A stretch of DNA of 63,101 nucleotides, filler included, from Octopus bimaculoides (Eukaryota): NCBI RefSeq assembly GCF_001194135.2. It is 8 parts of 8 records of this genome, joined end to end, with 100 filler letters (N's around TTAATTAATTAA, not from the genome) between each part and the next. Parts side by side here need not be neighbours in the genome. Positions count along the whole stretch, not along the records: positions 6,878 to 19,105 come from NC_068985.1; positions 19,206 to 37,748 come from NC_068996.1; 6 more parts are not named here. One strand, 5' to 3'. How positions within the stretch are numbered: the stretch's first letter is position 1; each line of letters starts with the position of its first letter. Under the pieces are notes generated by a model. It was not told the origin of the DNA, searched no databases, and saw only the letters and a program-made list of their open reading frames with translations. A program made the position numbers and the translations under genes. Shown piece after piece: positions 13,771 to 25,262 of this stretch.

Positions 13771-14782
13771 AGTGTCTGTGGGTCCCTTTATTCATTCCTG
13801 TCGTTGAGATCGTTCGAAATAGAGTTTTGCTTTCTCCCTTACTCTGTCACTTTTTATTATTTACTTATTGTTCTTTGTCTTTTTTCTCCCCTTCTTGATA
13901 CTCTACGACTTCCTTCTGTGTCCATGATGTCATATGTACACGAAAAAACAAAGCGTATCTGGTTAAACGCTACCGTATATAATACTATAATAATATTTAA
14001 TTATTGTAGTTAACATATATTGTGTTTTAAAAACCAAATTGTTTACCCTTTCAATAATGTTCCGGATACGGTGACATTCATAGGAAAACATGTCGTTTAC
14101 AGGGACAAAATTATGTATATAACTACATAAATAATTATCACTGGTGATGAGGTAATGCTGGTGGAAGAGTTGGCGAGTCAGAGACGACGACACCACCTCC
14201 ACAATAACAATGAGAAAGAGACTACTTTTAGAAGCAACTTGTCAGCCATTGCAAAAGCGTCAGTAATCGCACAAGTTGCAATTAAGTAATTTATGACCAT
14301 CCTGTCTTGTCCTTGACCTTGAAAAGCAATTTGATTTGCTCTTTTAGTCCAAGAAATTTTCAGTGTCAAGGTCAAATATAAGAATAATAAACACGCCGTT
14401 TATTTTACTAACATTTAACTCTGAAAGGCAATCTTTGTAATCAAACTTAAAGTGAATGTCGTATTAGAATGCCAAATACTGCGGTAGTTACCTAGAGATG
14501 TCCTTACATATAGATGTACGGTGCTATGAACACAGACATATATCATTGCAGAGGAAAACCGTCTGGTACAGGCGCCGGAACTGCCGAATCACGATTTCAG
14601 TGTACTGCGTTTCTTCAGTGGCATTCGTCCAGCCTCGTATGCAAGTCAAATGTCACTGTCAACGATATATAGTGTATCAGTAACCGTTTATATGAGAGGA
14701 CCTCTCTAAGCGAATACATCCGTACTCGGGGCTTTGATAATACATCCACACTTAGCAAGATATTAAGATTGCCTTTTTGTTT

Positions 14783-15175
14783 TAATAATCATCGTCCGTC
14801 ATTATCGACGATGACCAAGGACATCACATGGGAGAAGATGGGTCACGGCGTGTCCGGCCTACGGCCGATTAGTCCGAGGCGTGCCTGAAAGGCTCTGCCA
14901 CAGGTTGGATACTGGTAGTCCGTTGGGACGGAAGACAAGGAGTTGACTCTGAACTTGTGCAGTTCACAGTTTCTTTGTGCTCCTGCAATTCTGTTCTATT
15001 CGTAGGAAATGGCACTTCTGTCGGTCCAGCTTCGCTAAGCAGGACGGTCCTGCTTGCATTTCCCAGGTGTCGGAGTTGCTCCAAAGTACTCCAGTGAGGT
15101 TTTGAGTGTATCCTTGAAGCACTATGTGCCCGCTTGCCATCTATCAGTTCGCTATAAAACAGTCTTTTAGGTAAT
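14783..15175 (-). mobile_element. RTE (BovB-like) LINE 3' end fragment
   Basis: Frameshifted KR.KDTLK...SDTWE..A.DR..W-like segment (aagggatacactcaaaacc-type sequence) followed by a short gatgat tail. Confidence 0.6.
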
Positions 15176-15252
15176 GTAAATGATGTAGCCTACTGGCTGT
15201 TTGTGTCATTAGTGACTGAAAGGTCACCAGCATTGTATATATTCAGTTTTTT

Positions 15253-15465
15253 TTCTCTACTCTAGGCACAAGGCCCAAAATTATGAGGGAGTGGGGGCAG
15301 TCGATTAGATCGACCCCAGTACGAAACTGGTACTTAATTTATCGACCCCGAAGGGATGAAAAGCAAAATCGACCTCGGCGGAATTTGAACTCAGAACATA
15401 GAGACAGACGAAATACCGCTAAGCATTTCACCCGGCGTGCTAACGTTTCTGCCAACTTGTCGCCT
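15253..15465 (-). mobile_element. SINE family A, full length
   Basis: Same head, core and ctactctaggcacaagg tail as 8793-8988. Confidence 0.85.
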
Positions 15466-16277
15466 TGGTCAATATTTGATATTATTATCAAAATGAAATT
15501 TAAGCATTATATAATATAGTATATATCATAAGGTGGCGTCCTGGCAGTAATATATAGAATACCGCTTTCGGTATTGTGTATATTGTTGCATGATGGCTAC
15601 AACTTGCGTTTTCGAGCAATGCCATTGCTAGATTGTTCTCTTAAATATCAGCAGCATAGATATGGCTTTTCAGTTCTACTAGGGACCTACACTCTTTTGT
15701 ACAGATATGACAATGGTGGGTTTCTCTTATAGTAGATGTACAGAGAGCTAACCTCACACGCTGACACACAACATTCCATCATGGAATTTGTCATTGGACG
15801 TTTTGCTCTTTCTGAACCAACTAGTCATAGTATGCAACACATAATAGAGATGTCAAAATTCAAACGATGCTTGTGCTCGAAGCTTTTTAAAGTACAGCAA
15901 TGCCCCTAAACAAGGCAAATCCCACTTTCTAAACAACCTAAGTATTTTCCCAAAACGAAGAACTAGTCTACATCATTGGATGGAAAGGAAGTTACAAGCA
16001 GTACACCAGTTTTCATTTTCAATGAGAGATATCGAAACAAAAACCAAGGATCTCTCATTCCTAGTTGTACTATGGCCATTCACTCTACTGAGTTCATCTG
16101 CCCTTTCACGAGTTTTGTTTGTTGTCCCACAGCGAATCCAACCAAACACGCTTAGTCGATAAAGGCCCGACAATGCGAGAGAGTGATTTTATATTTAACA
16201 TTTACGTAAAAACAAACATAAACGAAGATAAATAGGTACGTACATGTCTAAGTGTGTGTGTGCGTGTGTGTATAAAA

Positions 16278-16423
16278 TAACGATTTTTTGCCAACCTAAT
16301 GCGGCAGTCCCATTTTGGGGCGAATGCTATTGTTGTTTAACCCCAAGAAACATCCTGGAGCTAAACAACAGTATCATTCGCCCCAAAACGGGACACCGAC
16401 ATTAGGTTGGCAAAAAATCGTTA
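16278..16423. repeat. 146-bp foldback (imperfect palindrome), possible MITE
   Basis: taacgattttttgccaacctaatg pairs perfectly with cattaggttggcaaaaaatcgtta (24 bp); pairing continues via ttttggggcgaatg / cattcgccccaaaa. Confidence 0.85.
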
Positions 16424-16828
16424 CTTTACAGTGCTGCTACTGAATATCACACGTTTAGAAATTTAGGAACAACAATGAGGGATTAAAATGCTTTTCTTGG
16501 GCCTACGGTCGCCTATATTATTAATTCTGTTATTAGCATTTTTTAAAATAGTCATTCCAGTTGATAACGAAATTAATAATATCTTAGCTGATTAATTTCT
16601 GAGAATTTATACTTTTTCTCGCGAACTGTTTGCCCCTGTATAGAGTATAGAGTATATATATATAGCAATGTTAAATCTCTGAACGAGGTATTAACAGTAA
16701 CTGCACGACAAGGTGAAGTATATTTGCCTCTTAAATGTGGCTGACCCCTGAGGGTGGATGTTACTGTTGCTTTTAGCCCCAGGAGAACATCTCCTCCAGC
16801 TGGCTATTGATAGATATATATATCGAAA

Positions 16829-17104
16829 CAAAAAGTCATGTTGACTCTATGGAAGACATTTGTTCTGAGCCGCCTAGACTATTGCTCTCAGTTGTGGTCA
16901 CCACACAGTGTTAGGCGGACAGCAAAACTCGAGGCAATTCAGCGGCACTATACAAAAAAGATCGCCACAGTCCAACAGATGAACTACAGGGAGCGACTGA
17001 AGGCACTAGGTCTCTACTCCCTGGAGCGCAGGCGAGAGAGATATGTAATAATATACATATGGAAAATACTGGAAGGAATGGTGCCAAACTTTGGTATCAA
17101 GTAC
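16829..17104 (+). mobile_element. CR1-clade LINE ORF2 C-terminal fragment
   Basis: LWKTFVLSRLDYCSQLWSPHSVRRTAKLEAIQRHYTKKI...YRERLKALGLYSLERRRERYVIIYIWKILEG matches the post-RT region of CR1/L2-group LINEs; runs into an N gap. Confidence 0.85.
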
Positions 17105-17546
17105 NNNNNNNNNNNNNNNNNNNNNNNNNNNNNNNNNNNNNNNNNNNNNNNNNNNNNNNNNNNNNNNNNNNNNNNNNNNNNNNNNNNNNNNNNNNNNNNN
17201 NNNNNNNNNNNNNNNNNNNNNNNNNNNNNNNNNNNNNNNNNNNNNNNNNNNNNNNNNNNNNNNNNNNNNNNNNNNNNNNNNNNNNNNNNNNNNNNNNNNN
17301 NNNNNNNNNNNNNNNNNNNNNNNNNNNNNNNNNNNNNNNNNNNNNNNNNNNNNNNNNNNNNNNNNNNNNNNNNNNNNNNNNNNNNNNNNNNNNNNNNNNN
17401 NNNNNNNNNNNNNNNNNNNNNNNNNNNNNNNNNNNNNNNNNNNNNNNNNNNNNNNNNNNNNNNNNNNNNNNNNNNNNNNNNNNNNNNNNNNNNNNNNNNN
17501 NNNNNNNNNNNNNNNNNNNNNNNNNNNNNNNNNNNNNNNNNNNNNN

Positions 17547-17579
<33 letters not shown>

Positions 17580-18395
17580 CTCACCTACAGGTGTGTAGTC
17601 TATAACGTGTATGTGTGTATGTATACAGGTATGTCTATATATGTGGAGATACATATATGTGAGCGTGTATTGTATATGTGAATATGCATATAAACATGTA
17701 GATGTACATCATATGTATATGTGTGTTTTTATATATATACTACTAACTCTACGAAACGCTTAGTTTTAGAATGGTGGCAGCTGATGAAGGAAATGTTCTC
17801 TATGTGGCCTGTGTGTTTTCTGTGTTCCGTTTATCATTTTGTCCACGTTTTTTTGCAACGTCATATATACATGTAGATGTAAGTATGTACATACATGTAC
17901 GTATATATGCATATACTCACATTATATTTGTATTATATATATATATATATATACATTTATATATAAATACATGTGCTTGTCACACATGTACTATTTATAT
18001 ATATGTATATATATTTGTATATATGTATATAGATGTATGTACCTTCATACTATACATATATATGTATGTGCTTATATTACATGTACCTATGTATGTTTAA
18101 AGATATATTTATATTAATATAAATATGTTATACTGATATGCATATAGATATATATAAAAGTGTGTATGTATGTATGTATGTATGTATGTATGCATGTGTG
18201 TATACACATACACACGCACATATTTACGTGTATGTGTATGAGAGAGAGTGAGGGAGAGTGGGGGAGAGAGACAGATACATTAATGCATACTTATATACAT
18301 TGATGTGTGCGAGTTAGATGCATACGCATAAACACATATTTCTGAACTCACACATACACACACGCGCGCTCATACACACACACATATATATAAAT

Positions 18396-18627
18396 GGCGG
18401 CGAGCTGGCAGAAACGTTAGCACGCCGGGCGAAATGCTTAGCAGTATTTCATCTGCCGCTACGTTCTGAGTTCAAATTTCGCCGAGGTCGACTTTGCCTT
18501 TCATCCTTTCGGAGTCGATTAAATAAGTACCAGTTACGCACTGGGGTCGATATAATCGACTTAATCCGTTTGTCTGTCCTTGTTTGTCTCCTCTGTGTGT
18601 AGCCCCTTGTGGGTAGTAAAGAAATAA
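18396..18627 (+). mobile_element. SINE family A, alternative 3' tail
   Basis: ggcggcgagctggcagaaacg...gagttcaaatttc; tail aatccgtttgtctgtccttg...agccccttgtggg..taaagaaataa. Confidence 0.88.
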
Positions 18628-19208
18628 CCCATATATACAAATGCAATGCGTACATATATACCTACCTACTTACGCACACACACACACACACATACACATT
18701 AGTACAAACCAACTGCCTTCTCGTTGTTGGTACGTATTGCTGTGTACTCTAATCGCTGCTTGGCAGTGAGGCCACTCGGTACAGTGTACTATATAAACAA
18801 ACAACCGACACACTTCTGAAGGCTTGGAAGGCGGGAACAATTAGTTGGAATCAGAATGCATGCAGGTTTGTTTTTTTTTTGTTTTTTAAGGTGTGTATAG
18901 CGTTTAATCTTGGCGAACATTCAGCATGAATAACTGTTGGCACTCATAGTTTTGTACATAGCTTATTGCTTTATACGTGTCGGGAAGTAAAACACAATAA
19001 CAACAATAATTCCAATAACAACTAGAACAACAACAACAACAACAACAGTATCAATAAGACCAGCAATAGTAGTAAACTATAATGCGGGGCGAAGAACATT
19101 TCGAANNNNNNNNNNNNNNNNNNNNNNNNNNNNNNNNNNNNNNNNNNNNTTAATTAATTAANNNNNNNNNNNNNNNNNNNNNNNNNNNNNNNNNNNNNNN
19201 NNNNNATA

Positions 19209-19240
<32 letters not shown>

Positions 19241-19519
19241 CAAACATACACACATATACACATACACACATACATATACATACATACATATACATACACA
19301 CACACACACATATATATATATAAACATACAAAAAACACACAGACCACACATACATACGTACACATGATTTTTTGAAAAATAATTAATTAATATAATTAAA
19401 GATTCATCTCTGTGGTTAAATGAATTTGCAAAGTTTTGGTCGTTTTAGCCACTACTCATGATTTTTGTCCGAATATTTGTCCTTTAGACTGCAAAAAAGG
19501 AAGTTTTAAAAAAGCAATA

Positions 19520-19745
19520 CACAATGCTGTCACAATTATATTTCCAAATTTATGTTTCTGATTGGCTGTTTTGTTTTGAATATATTTTAAAGCTCACATA
19601 TTTTTCTTCACATGTTTCCAAATGTTTGTTCGGTGGAATTTTCCGTAGCTCCTCTTGTCGGATTTGTTGTTTGTGGATTCTTACGCGTTGGCAAATATCC
19701 AACAGTCTGACTACCTTATTATTCCAAATGTACAATATCCGTACA
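19520..19745 (-). mobile_element. Second Penelope-like GIY-YIG relic (different family)
   Basis: CQRVRIHKQQIRQEELRKIPPNKHLETC resembles the R...H.QQI.......VS.H...C segment of PLE endonucleases. Confidence 0.45.
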
Positions 19746-19751
19746 TCACTC

Positions 19752-19833
<82 letters not shown>

Positions 19834-20553
19834 NNNNNNNNNNNNNNNNNNNNNNNNNNNNNNNNNNNNNNNNNNNNNNNNNNNNNNNNNNNNNNNNNNN
19901 NNNNNNNNNNNNNNNNNNNNNNNNNNNNNNNNNNNNNNNNNNNNNNNNNNNNNNNNNNNNNNNNNNNNNNNNNNNNNNNNNNNNNNNNNNNNNNNNNNNN
20001 NNNNNNNNNNNNNNNNNNNNNNNNNNNNNNNNNNNNNNNNNNNNNNNNNNNNNNNNNNNNNNNNNNNNNNNNNNNNNNNNNNNNNNNNNNNNNNNNNNNN
20101 NNNNNNNNNNNNNNNNNNNNNNNNNNNNNNNNNNNNNNNNNNNNNNNNNNNNNNNNNNNNNNNNNNNNNNNNNNNNNNNNNNNNNNNNNNNNNNNNNNNN
20201 NNNNNNNNNNNNNNNNNNNNNNNNNNNNNNNNNNNNNNNNNNNNNNNNNNNNNNNNNNNNNNNNNNNNNNNNNNNNNNNNNNNNNNNNNNNNNNNNNNNN
20301 NNNNNNNNNNNNNNNNNNNNNNNNNNNNNNNNNNNNNNNNNNNNNNNNNNNNNNNNNNNNNNNNNNNNNNNNNNNNNNNNNNNNNNNNNNNNNNNNNNNN
20401 NNNNNNNNNNNNNNNNNNNNNNNNNNNNNNNNNNNNNNNNNNNNNNNNNNNNNNNNNNNNNNNNNNNNNNNNNNNNNNNNNNNNNNNNNNNNNNNNNNNN
20501 NNNNNNNNNNNNNNNNNNNNNNNNNNNNNNNNNNNNNNNNNNNNNNNNNNNNC

Positions 20554-20823
20554 TTGTTTCAGCTAATCTCGTCTCAACAAGGTCACATAATTTCCTTTAA
20601 CCAAAGGAATTCTCATGGACATAAAACGCTCGTTAATCTTGACTGGGAATTCTTCCAGCTTGTCCACAAGAGTAGTCTTAACAACAAATGCCCATCCAGC
20701 GTCTTCTCTAAATTCTTCATCCCTCTCTTTCCAAAAGAATGTATATTTTCCACAAGATTCTGTAAGATGACCATCTTCAGAGTTTTTAGATGCAGAAGGT
20801 TCTTTAGTTGTATCTAGGATCAT
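20554..20823 (-). mobile_element. RTE LINE apurinic endonuclease fragment
   Basis: GHLTESCGKYTFFWKERDEEFREDAGWAFVVKTTLVDKLEEFPVKINERFMSMRIPL resembles the RTE/BovB APE segment; abuts an N gap. Confidence 0.75.
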
Positions 20824-20879
20824 TTATGGTAATGTAGGTAGGTAAGTGAGTGAAAAATTTGCATGTTTAGTTTATAGGT

Positions 20880-21520
20880 TTAAAAAGTCTTGTATTGCCG
20901 ATTTTGTTTGGTTTGCAAAACGAAACTAATCCAGAATTGCGATTCGGTATTTGTGTCTTAAAATAGAGAATTTGCTAAGATTCAGCAGCCCAAAATTTAC
21001 AAAGATGTTTTCTGGTATGGTTGAGCGTGTCGTAATACTTTCTGTTACTACTAAATGGGATATTTTTCAACTTCAGTTTCCTTACATGTCAAAATAGTGA
21101 AGTTTCATTTTTACTGTTTCGGTTGCGAAAAATGTGCTTGTTATAGTTTCATCAGGTTTTGAACTAATTTACTATTGAACCAATATACACCTGGTTTTGA
21201 CTGGTTATAATATTTGTAGCAAGGCAATTTTTTGTTGAGAGTGCAGAACGAAGTGTGCTGCAGTTAGGTATGTAGCTTAGGCTTTCATCTTTTGAAAGTT
21301 TTGCTGGTTATGATGATTGGCAACAGTTTTTCGAAATTTTGGTATTTTTTGTTGCATTTTTTATTAGCTTGTGATATTTGCAGTTGGGATGGAAGAGTTT
21401 ATGAATATTTTGACGAATAAACTAGCAATTGATATCCTCATCAGACTTGTATATTTAAAAAGGGATAGGACCAGGAGGAGGGCAAGCCGAAATTCTGAGG
21501 TTACACTCCACGTTTTCCTT
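20880..21520 (-). mobile_element. Decayed Penelope-like element (linker plus GIY-YIG endonuclease relic)
   Basis: Piecewise translation HKLFHPNCKYHKLIKN.. and CLATNIITSQNQVYIGSIVN*FKT**NYNKHIFRNRNSKNETSLF*HVRKLK follows the PLE pattern CL..NIIY....YIG....FK.RY.NH..SF...N.T.LS.H.W.LK. Confidence 0.55.
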
Positions 21521-21593
21521 TTGAGATTTAATATATATATATACTCTATTAAAAATTATTAATTCTTCAGATTAATGTTAAAATGTTTATCTA

Positions 21594-21720
21594 CAGGGTG
21601 TCCACAAAGACTGGGTACATGAAGTAAATAAAATCATAACATAAACAATTAAATATAAGAAATAATAATTTCTTAAAGTATGTGTTAATCCCCATGTACC
21701 CAGACTTTGTGGACACCCTG
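21594..21720. mobile_element. 127-bp Tc1/mariner-type MITE
   Basis: 28-bp TIRs cagggtgtccacaaagactgggtacatg / catgtacccagactttgtggacaccctg (1 mismatch), flanked by TA on both sides. Confidence 0.88.
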
Positions 21721-22983
21721 TATAACTTTACATAAAAAGCAAACATGATTGTGCGAGTGAATGTGTGTATAAGTGTGTGTGTGTGCGTGGGGGGGGGGCG
21801 CACGTGTTCTACTCCCTAAAGAATAAGAGCGCTCCTGACCAAATTAGAGCCTAAAACACAGAAGAGTTAACTGCATAAGGCATGTTCAATTCCTTACCAG
21901 CTTCACTGTCCTTCAATTGTTTGCACATTTCAATAGTTGTGAATAGCAGAAAAGTTAAATCAATAATTTTACGTGCATTTCAGTATTTATTTGTCTTACA
22001 GTTAGATTCACATCCGGTTAGAGTTGACTTTGTTTTCATACTTTTGCAGTCACAGCTTAGTTACCTACTGAGTTTCTTACCAATACCTTCTGTTAGAAAT
22101 TGTTATTAATGACATTATAATAAAAATATTAACGTTAAATCGGTACTAATCGTATTGAGCTGACAGTAACGTTAATGCATCGATCAAAATACTTAACGGT
22201 GTATCTTTTGCTCTTTATGTCCTGAGTTCACATCCTAGTGAAGTCAATATCGACTTTTAGACTTTTAATGTCTATACAATGTACACTGCATTCTTGGAGT
22301 TTTTTTCTTTCCTTGGCAATAACAAAATTTTGCACTCCTTTGTGACCTTGTATTTCTATGTTAGAAGTAATTATCAAGATGGTGGCTTGGTGAAACCAAC
22401 TGGAGTAAATTGACTTGCAAAATTTAGCTACGCTCTTTTTTAGTTGTCAATTCAAATGAATTCAGAGACAGCTTATCATTTAATCCTTCTGCAGACAACA
22501 AAATAAGTAATACACGTGTTTGAGTTAATTGCTAGAAATGCTTACCCACTTACCCACTAACTTAATATTTGTAACCTTCTATCAATATCAAAACTCGATA
22601 TCAGGCATCTTCTACATGCTTGACCTACCAGGAAAATAACAAAGAAACTTCTCTCAAATTTCTATCAATATCTTAAAGACACATTAAAAAAAAAATTTAT
22701 ATTAACGAGAGATAAGAAACAAGCAGTTTATTTCGGGATTGTAGTACAGAATTTATTGTCAAAAGAAACTTAGCAGCCATGCCAAAAACTATTACTTTTT
22801 ATTTGATTTTTATAAGCATTTCTTCTCTTTCTGTAAAATGCTTTTAATTCCCTTATTTCTGACATCGTTTCCTGGTAACTTCCTTGGTGGACATATTAAA
22901 TGTAATTATCCTGAAACGTATATAAATACAGAAATGAGCAAATATTTATATTTTACACGTGAACATACTTATACACACGCACG

Positions 22984-23044
<61 letters not shown>

Positions 23045-23058
23045 CAACTGGTGCTTAT

Positions 23059-23064
23059 TTTATT
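23059..23064 (-). terminator. Possible polyadenylation signal of the MMP gene
   Basis: AATAAA on the minus strand about 190 nt after the putative stop; common by chance in AT-rich DNA. Confidence 0.25.
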
Positions 23065-23256
23065 GCTCCCGAAACGACGAAAGATAAAATAGACCTTGAA
23101 TATTATTTCGTTGAATAATATTTGTACAAGAACAAATAACGAAGACGGCTAATTTCTTGCTGACTGTTGTGAAATTCCATCTGTTGTATGCATTTACACC
23201 TGGTCATTTTTTTCCTTTCCGTTCACATTTTCCCTGCAGGTGCGTTTTTATAGGTT

Positions 23257-23431
23257 TTAGTCACATGAGTCTGAAAAGACGAAAGTCTCATGGCCAGCGC
23301 CAGGGCATTCAACCCCTGGGGCCACTCCTATGATGTGCACTTCTCTCTCCCAGTCGAACAATTGTAGCTTTTTATCAATTTTTTTCTGGAAAATACTCCA
23401 ACTTTCTTCCACTTTGTCCAGTAGTAAAATG
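23257..23431 (-). CDS. MMP: Probable MMP terminal coding exon
   Basis: Acceptor aattttccaatag. Phase-2 frame reads (F)ILLLDKVEESWSIFQKKIDKKLQLFDWEREVHIIGVAPGVECPGAGHETFVFSDSCD* (57 aa then TAA). IVFLKKRFILLLD aligns in length with the 13-aa strand pairs of the other three blades. An N gap (25376-25581) in the preceding intron could hide another exon. Confidence 0.55.
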
Positions 23432-25047
23432 CTATTGGAAAATTACAGTTAACTTGCAAACAGGAAACCCGTTGCTTTATGATCATGTATGCCACTGAGC
23501 GAATCTGTTACTAGACTAGAGCTTGCAATATTACATTCCAAATCATGTGACATGTCACAACATGGTACGAGGCCCTCGATTCTTGTTTCTCGTCCTTCTT
23601 TGTGCTAAATTATGTCATTCACTAGATAAAGAAATTTTAAGTTACATGTGACACCCCGGATTTTAGTGCTTAGACGATTGCCTAGTTTGTCCAGTGCAGT
23701 GTTTCTCAACCATTTTTTGCCTTTATACCCCTTTGATTCCTATTTTATTTGGATGGACCTCCCCTAGCCATTAACTGTTTAAAAAACCCTATTATATTTT
23801 TTATGATTAAATAGTATTAAGTATTGTATTTTTAAAAAATGTTAAAATATTTTGTGTATTGTAGAAGTATAACCGATTCATTGCAAATAAATTTAAACAA
23901 CAGAATCTTATATGGAGCACCGAGGGTCATAGGGACCCCTGGGTGAAAACCACTGGTATAGCATCGGTTCTGGTCAGCAAATGTCATAGTCACTTTTCTT
24001 TCACTCTTTCTGATTAACTAGAAATATGTGACCTTTATGTTTTTGTTTTTTTTATAACATTTGTTACAGAAAGAAAGTAAATTCAGTTTAACGAAGGACT
24101 GAAGCTACTTCCCAATCTCAGGTAGCTATGAATTCAGTTTTAGTGCAAATATTCTCAACATCGAATTTTAACCCCGTTTGAAACCAACTCTTTTGCGACC
24201 GCCCCTGATTGTGTATTACAAACTTCCTGTTTTAAACTGATCTAAATAAAAATCCTCCATCAAAATTCCATTTTAGTTTATGTCATAAATACCAAAATTG
24301 TATATAACACATATATGTAGAATTTGTTTTTGCGAAATTATAGTATACAAAAAACGTGTTGCTGTTTCTCTTTACATTGTTTTTTATTACTTAAATGTCC
24401 TAACTTTCTATCTTTCATCTTGTAAAAGCATTTTCCATTATCCGAACTCACACCATTCACCCGTGTTTGTTCCCCATGCCAACGTTACTTTTACTCCGCC
24501 TACCCAAGACTGGCGTTTAAAAGGTGTCTAATGTTTCTGCCGCCTGTGAATTTCTTTCTAGATCAGGTGTTTGTTTTCCTTCTGATAGTAAACAACAAGC
24601 AGTCAGTCTGAATTTCAACTACATCAATCTCACCTTTGAGACGTTGCTTGGATTACTGTGTGTTTGTGTGTGAGTGTGTGTGTGTGTGTGTGTCTGCGTA
24701 CTATGCATATAGATTTATCAAATACATACAAATTTATATGAACATTTGCGAGAGAGAGAGAAATAGAAAGAGAGAGAAAGAGAAAGAGAGAGAGAGAGAG
24801 AGACATAGAGAGAGAGAGAGAGAGAGAGGAGGAAGAAAGACTGAGAGTCAAGATTACGGATAAAGTTAAGATTTTGCGTTAAGTGAGGAAGAGCGTTATT
24901 CCTGAGTGAGATACTATGTGTGAGAGAGACAAAGTGAGAGAGAGAGAGAGAGAGGTTCATGGACGTTTATGAATATATGAAAAGTGTGTGTGTCTATATA
25001 CATACATACATACATACATACATGCATGCATACACACACACACACAG

Positions 25048-25081
<34 letters not shown>

Positions 25082-25229
25082 TTTTTCTCGTTTCTTTCTG
25101 TGTTCCTTTCTACTGAAGACTGTAGGCTCAAAGCGTTAAAGACTTTTCAATTCCCGAGCGTTATACTAATACATCCATTTATTGTCTACACCACCTGTCT
25201 TCGTCTGTTGTTTTTTTGTGAATTCTCCC

Positions 25230-25262
<33 letters not shown>

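Noticed and set aside
14132-14289. About 50-codon open frame GDEVMLVEELASQRRR...
   Set aside because: No usable acceptor and no recognisable homology.
18396-18485. tRNA-like A/B boxes in SINE heads
   Set aside because: No closed cloverleaf; each continues into SINE core and tail, so these are not tRNA genes.
18790-18797. TATATAAA possible TATA box
   Set aside because: No associated gene start, and TA-rich motifs are ubiquitous here.
19524-20600. Long ORFs in the track (358, 326, 303, 266 aa and others)
   Set aside because: Length comes from translating N runs; the non-N parts are microsatellite or TE fragments.
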